Below are positions 56,833-64,000 of a stretch of 64,000 nt of DNA, in pieces. The stretch's first letter is position 1. Each line of letters starts with the position of its first letter. The notes beneath the pieces were generated by a model. It searched no databases, was not told the origin of the DNA, and saw only the letters and a program-made list of their open reading frames with translations. Position numbers and translations under genes: made by a program. Source of the stretch: Eledone cirrhosa (Eukaryota); NCBI GenBank assembly GCA_964016885.1, contig CAXHJY010000860.1:248001-312000 (forward strand), written 5' to 3'.

Positions 56833-56880
56833 ATTGCCCTGATGAGTCCCTAATAGGACGAAACATTGTCGTCTAATAAA
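56833..56880 (+). ncRNA. Minimal hammerhead ribozyme with degenerate helix I
   Basis: CTGATGA 56839-56845, GTCC ctaata GGAC, GAAA-C att G-TC, then AATAAA. Confidence 0.7.
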
Positions 56881-56918
56881 AACTTTTGATGTATTAAAGG
56901 ATTCTTTGTTTTACTCTC

Positions 56919-57014
<96 letters not shown>

Positions 57015-57020
57015 TATAAA

Positions 57021-57120
57021 TAACAGATTAAAGCTTAGGCAAAGTATCGCTGCCTTCACCCTTAACGGGGTCTTGTTAAGGGTGAAAGCAACGATTCTTT
57101 GCTTAAACTTTAATCTGTTA
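57021..57120. repeat. 100-bp imperfect fold-back next to (TA)n
   Basis: TAACAGATTAAAG...CTTTAATCTGTTA with inner arms TTCACCCTTAAC/GTTAAGGGTGAA. Confidence 0.7.
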
Positions 57121-57237
57121 AATTAGTAAATATTTGCTCTAGGGTTCTTATATATTTGATATATATTTATCGTTATCGAGCCCTCTTTGGATTTTAGTCT
57201 CCACATATATATATATGTATATATGTATACATTGAAC

Positions 57238-57273
<36 letters not shown>

Positions 57274-57399
57274 AAATTTATATATATATTTACATACATA
57301 TATATATAGATATATATATATCTATATATATATGTTACTGCCATGACTGAATTTTAACCATCAACATAGTCAGGGTATGTCAAACATCAAACATCATCT

Positions 57400-57466
57400 T
57401 ATTTTATCTGATGAGGACGTACTGTTGTCATTAGCTCAGTACCTCTGAAATATGTATAATAAAATA
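57400..57466 (+). ncRNA. Hammerhead ribozyme (35955 family)
   Basis: Same helices and core as 35955-36021. The differences lie in the distal loop of helix II. Confidence 0.8.
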
Positions 57467-57509
57467 TACTTGATCACACGAATGTCTATATTTGTTAATA
57501 TTTTGAATT

Positions 57510-57541
<32 letters not shown>

Positions 57542-57700
57542 CACACATATATACGTATACATATGCAAAATATATATATTTATACACACACACACATATA
57601 TATATACACATATATGAGCATATATATATATGTATATGTATATATATATATGTGTATAGTATAATATATATGTATATATATATATGTGTATAGTATAATA

Positions 57701-57744
<44 letters not shown>

Positions 57745-57865
57745 ATTGTATATGCGTATATTTGTGTGTGTGGTGGTACGTGTGTGTGTGCGTGATTATC
57801 GGACGTGAGTGAGAATATTCAATACCGATATAGAGTTAAAAGAAAAATATATATACACATATATG

Positions 57866-58260
57866 CATGGTGGCTGCCAACTCGTTTTCGAGTACGGCCA
57901 CTACTTTATATCCATGTAGGAGAACCCCTACCGATGCGCTGAACGAGTGTGACTGTTTAGTCCAGCCAGCGACTTGAAAACTCTGGTACAAACACTACAC
58001 TTGTGACAATTATTGACACATAGTGCTGGGCCCATGGTACCATGTGACGACACGTGCAGAGAGATCTCCAGATATAAAGCAATGCCTGTGCTGTGAAGCT
58101 TTTATAGTGAGCAAAGGCACTGCACAAAGCCAGTCCCACTCTCTTGACCAAGATGATATTTACCAAAAAGAAGAACAAGTCAACATCATTGGATACCATC
58201 AGGGTTGCAGGTGTTATATCAGAGTTTTCCTTCTCCTAGAATTCTGCCTTGACAAAGGCA
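57866..58260 (-). mobile_element. Non-autonomous RTE-related element (5197 family)
   Basis: Near-identical to 5197-5590. Confidence 0.75.
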
Positions 58261-58357
58261 TACATACATACATACATACATACACACACACACATACACA
58301 CACACACACACACACATACATACATACATACATACATACACACACACATACATACAT

Positions 58358-58388
<31 letters not shown>

Positions 58389-58737
58389 TACACACATACA
58401 TACATACATACATACATACATACATACACACACACATACATACATACATACATTGGATCGTCAAATATGAAATTTTCAGTAATTTGTAGAAAAAAAACTA
58501 ATTTTTACAAATTTCATACAAATTTCAAACATAATATATATATATATACACACACATATATTTAAACACACACACACAAATATATATATGCACACACACA
58601 CATATATTTAAACACACACACACACACACAAATATATATACATATATATATGCTCTACTCTATACATTACATAATGAGCCATAAATTAAAATGAAGTTAT
58701 TTTTCCCGCCTTTTCAAACACGTCCAATTGGTAAATC

Positions 58738-58912
58738 CTACGTTAGGCACAAAGCCAGCAATTATTCCAGTACATTACTGGTACTTTATTTTATCGACCC
58801 CCGTAAGGATGAAAGCAAAGTTAACCTCGGCGGGATTTGCACTCAGAATGGCAAGGGCCGTAACTCAATGCGTCAAAGCATGGCGTCCGACCCTCTACCG
58901 ATCCTGCCAATT
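58738..58912 (-). mobile_element. SINE (13288 family)
   Basis: Reverse-complement similarity. Confidence 0.75.
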
Positions 58913-59079
58913 AAAAAAAAAATAACATAAAATAATTTTAAAAAAACTAAAATAAATCTGGTATATGTCTCTCAGTTGGTACAGGTATACTCAACCAGTT
59001 GTGAAGGCAGCTTGATTGTAGGTGGTGTGGGAATGTATAATTCTAATATATAGATGCCTGTTCGTTTGTTAAATATATA

Positions 59080-59201
59080 CATGTATATACATATACATTC
59101 ACACACAGACACATATATATATATATACATACACGTATACACATATACACTCACACACACATATATATATATATATACATACATGTATACACATATACAC
59201 T

Positions 59202-59271
<70 letters not shown>

Positions 59272-59392
59272 CATGTATACACACATACATACACATGTAC
59301 ATATATATACATACACACACAGATAAATATATATATATATATATACATACATGTATACAGACAGACATACATATGTACATATATATACACAT

Positions 59393-59437
<45 letters not shown>

Positions 59438-59552
59438 CACATGTATACACACAGACATACACATGTACATATATATACACATGCACACATACACACATAT
59501 ATATATATATACTTATATATACATGTATACACATGTACATGTATATGCACAT

Positions 59553-59583
<31 letters not shown>

Positions 59584-59686
59584 CATACATGTATACACAA
59601 TCATACACATCTACATATATATACACATATACACACACACATATATATATATATATACATGTATACACACAGACACACACATCTAC

Positions 59687-59718
<32 letters not shown>

Positions 59719-59758
59719 ATATATATATACATGTATACACACAGACACACACATGTAC

Positions 59759-59790
<32 letters not shown>

Positions 59791-59818
59791 ATATACACAC
59801 ACAGACATACACATGTAC

Positions 59819-59850
<32 letters not shown>

Positions 59851-59888
59851 ATATACACACATGTATACATACAGACATACACATGTAC

Positions 59889-59920
<32 letters not shown>

Positions 59921-60128
59921 ATATACACACATGTATACACACAGACATACACATGTACATATATATACACATATACACACACACACACATATATATATAT
60001 ATACATGTATACACACAGACATACACATGTACATATATATACACATATACACACAGACATACACATGTACATATATATACACATATACACACACACATAT
60101 ATATACACACACAGACATACACATGTAC

Positions 60129-60160
<32 letters not shown>

Positions 60161-60188
60161 ATATACACACACAGACACACACATGTAC

Positions 60189-60220
<32 letters not shown>

Positions 60221-60248
60221 ATATACACACACAGACATACACATGTAC

Positions 60249-60280
<32 letters not shown>

Positions 60281-60374
60281 ATATACACACACAGACATAC
60301 ACATGTACATATATATACACATATACACACACACATATATATATACATGTATACACACAGACATACACATGTAC

Positions 60375-60406
<32 letters not shown>

Positions 60407-60434
60407 ATATACACACACAGACACACACATGTAC

Positions 60435-60466
<32 letters not shown>

Positions 60467-60562
60467 ATATACACACACAGACATACACATGTACATATAT
60501 ATACACATATACACACACACACACATATATATACATGTATACATACAGACATACACATGTAC

Positions 60563-60594
<32 letters not shown>

Positions 60595-60654
60595 ATATAC
60601 ACACACAGACACACACATGTACATATATATACACACACAGACATACACATGTAC

Positions 60655-60686
<32 letters not shown>

Positions 60687-60833
60687 ATATACACACATGT
60701 ATACATACAGACATACACACATTTATTGTCTCTCCTTTTACCGTTGTAACCTCTCACAAGGAATGAAAACAGTAACACCACCACCACCACCAACACCACC
60801 ACCACCACCACCACCACCACCACCACCACCACC

Positions 60834-60864
<31 letters not shown>

Positions 60865-61615
60865 CCACCACCACCACCACCACCACCACCACCACCACCA
60901 CCAACACCACCACCACCACCACCACCAACATCACCACCACCACCACCACCACCACCATCAACACCACCACCACCACCAACACCACCACCACCACCAACAC
61001 CACCACAACCATCAACACCACCATCAACACCACCACCACCACCACCAACAACAACACCACCACCACCATCACCAACAACAACAACACCACCACCACCAAC
61101 ACCACCAACACCACCACCAACAACACCACCACCACCATCACCCCCCCCCCCCACCAACCCCCAACCCCACCAACACCACCACCACCACCACCAACAACAA
61201 CAACACGGTGTTGATCATCTGTTTACTCAAGGTTTCACCCACTTTCCCCCAACTACCTGTCTCTCTCTCTGTCTCTCTCTCTCTGTCTCTCTCTCTCTCT
61301 CTGTCTTTATCTCTGTCTCTCTCTCTGTCTGTCTCTGTCTCTCTCTGTCTCTCTGTCTGTCTCTCTGTCTCTCTGTCTGTCTGTCTCTGTCTGTCTCTCT
61401 CTGTCTGTCTCTCTCTCTCTCTGTCTCTCTGTCTCTCTCTCTGTCTCTCTCTCTGCCTCTCTCTCTGTCTCTCTGTCTCTCTCTCTCTCTGTGTCTCTCT
61501 CTCTCTGTCTCTCTGCCTCTCTCTCTCTCTGTGTCTCTCTCTCTCTGTCTCTCTCTGTCTCTCTGTCTCTCTCTCTGTCTCTCTGTCTGTCTGTCTCTGT
61601 CTCTCTCTCTCTGTC

Positions 61616-61648
<33 letters not shown>

Positions 61649-61965
61649 CTGTCTGTCTCTGTCTCTCTCTCTGTATCTCTGTCTATCTCTCTGTCTCTCT
61701 CTCTGTCTCTCTGTCTCTCTCTCTGTCTCTCTGTCTCTCTCTCTGTCTCTCTCTCTCTGTCTCTCTCTCTGTCTCTCTCTCTGTCTCTCTGTCTGTCTCT
61801 CTCTCTGTCTCTCTGTCTGTCTGTCTGTCTCTCTCTCTGTCTGTCTCTCTCTGTGTCTCTCTGTCTCTCTGTCTGTCTGTCTGTCTCTCTCTCTGTCTGT
61901 CTCTCTCTCTCTCTCTGTCTCTCTGTTTCTCTCTCTCTCTGTCTGTCTGTCTCTCTGTCTCTCTG

Positions 61966-61997
<32 letters not shown>

Positions 61998-62003
61998 TCT
62001 GTC

Positions 62004-62042
<39 letters not shown>

Positions 62043-62089
62043 GTCTCTCTGTCTGTCTCTCTGTCTGTCTCTGTCTCTCTCTCTCTCTG

Positions 62090-62128
<39 letters not shown>

Positions 62129-62415
62129 GTCTCTCTCTCTGTCTGTCTCTGTCTCTCTTTCTGTCTCTCTGTCTGTCTCTCTGTCTGTCTCTCTGTCTGT
62201 CTGTCTGTCTCTGTCTGTCTGTCTCTCTCTCTCTCTGTCTCTCTGTCTGTCTCTCTCTCTGTCTCTCTATCTCTCTCTCTGTCTCTCTGTCTGTCTGTCT
62301 CTCTCTCTGTCTCTCTCTCTGTCTATCTCTCTCTCTCTCTCTGTCTCTCTCTCTGTCTCTGTCTCTCTGTCTCTCTGTCTCTCTGTCTCTCTCTCTGTTT
62401 CTCTGTCTCTCTGTC

Positions 62416-62448
<33 letters not shown>

Positions 62449-62478
62449 CTCTGTCTATCTATCTATCTATCTCTCTCT
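59080..62478. repeat. About 60-bp CA/TA minisatellite, (CCA)n tract at 60776-61205 and (CT/CTGT)n tract at 61258-62478
   Basis: Seen directly in the sequence. Confidence 0.95.
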
Positions 62479-62479
62479 A

Positions 62480-63490
62480 AATGGCCCGGGAGAATGGGCC
62501 TTCTCTGTATATAGACCTGTAGGTTGAGGAAGATAAACAGAGGGAAGACAGGAACACCTACAAAATGTGTTCCTGGTGTTGAGGGTTGTTCTATCCACGG
62601 GGTGTAAAACAACCCCGCAGTAACGTTCCCCCCTATTGGGGATTTCGATTGTTATTTTATTATATATAGTTTGTTGTTATTTATTAATGTTAAAGTTATC
62701 TTTATGTAAAACCCCCGCCGTCACGTCTTGTAATGTCCCATTTTTGTATGCCCCTGTGTCAAATACAGACATCTATCTATTTTTCCTCTGTCTGGTGGAT
62801 ATGGCGAAAGAGGTAATATGGTGGACGAGGTTAAAAGGACTGAGGGCAAACACCTTTCTCTCCGGACAACAACTCATCCCCTTCTTTAAGTACCACTTCA
62901 GAAGGAAGGTGAGAGTGGAGAGAGAGGTGCTACACCCCAGTAAATTCGCTGAAAGGTGGGTGAATGTGGCGAAAATGGCCCGCGTGAATGGGCCTTCTCT
63001 GTATATAGACCTGTAGGTTGAGGAAGATAAACAGAGGGAAGACAGGAACACCTACAAAACGTGTTCCTGGTGTTGAGGATTGTTCTATCCACGGGGTGTA
63101 AAACAACTCATCCCCTTCTTTAAGTACCACTTCAGAAGGAAGGTGAGAGTTGAGCGAGAGAGGTTCTACAGCCCAGCACGTTTTATAAAAGGTGGGTGAA
63201 AGTGGCGAAAATGGCCGGGGTGAATGGGCCTTCTCTCTATATCAGCCTGTAGGTTGAGGAAAAAGAGGAAGAGAGGAAAGGGGTACAAACTCTTCGTACT
63301 CCTGGAGATGAGGGTTGCACATTTTTTCGGGGGTCTGTGTTACCCGTATGTAATGTCTCCCCCTATTGGGGAAAATCGATCAATTTTTAAATTGCATTTG
63401 TGATAGTATTTTACACGTTTTTATTGTATGTAAACTTCCCCCTTTGTATTTGTTCCCTTCTTTTGTGCCCCTGTGGCTAATAAAGAAACA
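62480..63490 (+). mobile_element. Three stacked 3' fragments of the L1/Tx1-like LINE
   Basis: They match 22380-22870 and 21470-21725, and lie within (TCTA)n context. Confidence 0.8.
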
Positions 63491-63521
<31 letters not shown>

Positions 63522-63570
63522 AAAGAAAGATATATTTTCTGTCTGTCTATCTACCTGTATGTCTCTAGTA

Positions 63571-63601
<31 letters not shown>

Positions 63602-63650
63602 AAAGAAAGATATATTCTCTGTCTGTCTATCTACCTGTTTGTCTCTAGTA

Positions 63651-63681
<31 letters not shown>

Positions 63682-63900
63682 AAAGAAAGATATATTCTCT
63701 GTCTGTCTATCTACCTGTTTGTCTCTAGTATATCTATCTATCTATCTATCTATAAAGAAAGATATATTCTCTGTCTGTCTATCTACCTGTTTGTCTCTAG
63801 TATATCTATCTATCTATCTATCTATCTATAAAGAAAGATATATTCTCTGTCTGTCTATCTACCTGTTTGTCTCTTGTATATCTATCTATCTATCTACATA
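63490..63900. repeat. About 75-80 bp tandem repeat containing (TCTA)n and TAAAGAAAGATATATT
   Basis: About 5 copies seen directly. Confidence 0.85.
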
Positions 63901-64000
63901 GCTACCCGTCTCTCCCTCTCTCTCTCTATATATATATACACGTCTGTCTGTCCGTCTCTATCTTTACACGTTCACTTAAAAACAAACGTACACATCTCTT

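Overview
Repeat-saturated, AT-rich eukaryotic DNA, probably intronic or intergenic. The SINE and LINE families and the very dense (TA)n/(CA)n/(TATG)n tracts suggest an octopus or other cephalopod; this is inferred from recalled repeat families, not searched. No host gene can be called with confidence, and almost all ORF-track entries are microsatellite translations. The main signal is RNA-level. Positions 1-2438 are a 467-bp tandem array in which every unit carries a complete minimal type I hammerhead ribozyme (HHR), and the two unit variants differ by compensatory base changes in a hairpin. This is the layout of a retrozyme or self-cleaving satellite that could yield monomeric or circular RNAs. 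About 20 further HHR cores from several unrelated families lie in short, often fold-back elements inserted in (TA)n, matching Penelope-like element (PLE) pLTR remnants. No PLE RT or GIY-YIG ORF was seen. The window also holds 3' fragments of RTE and L1/Tx1-like LINEs, tRNA-derived SINEs, and several tandem arrays derived from pieces of retroelements. All structures were folded by eye, and element boundaries are approximate to a few bases.
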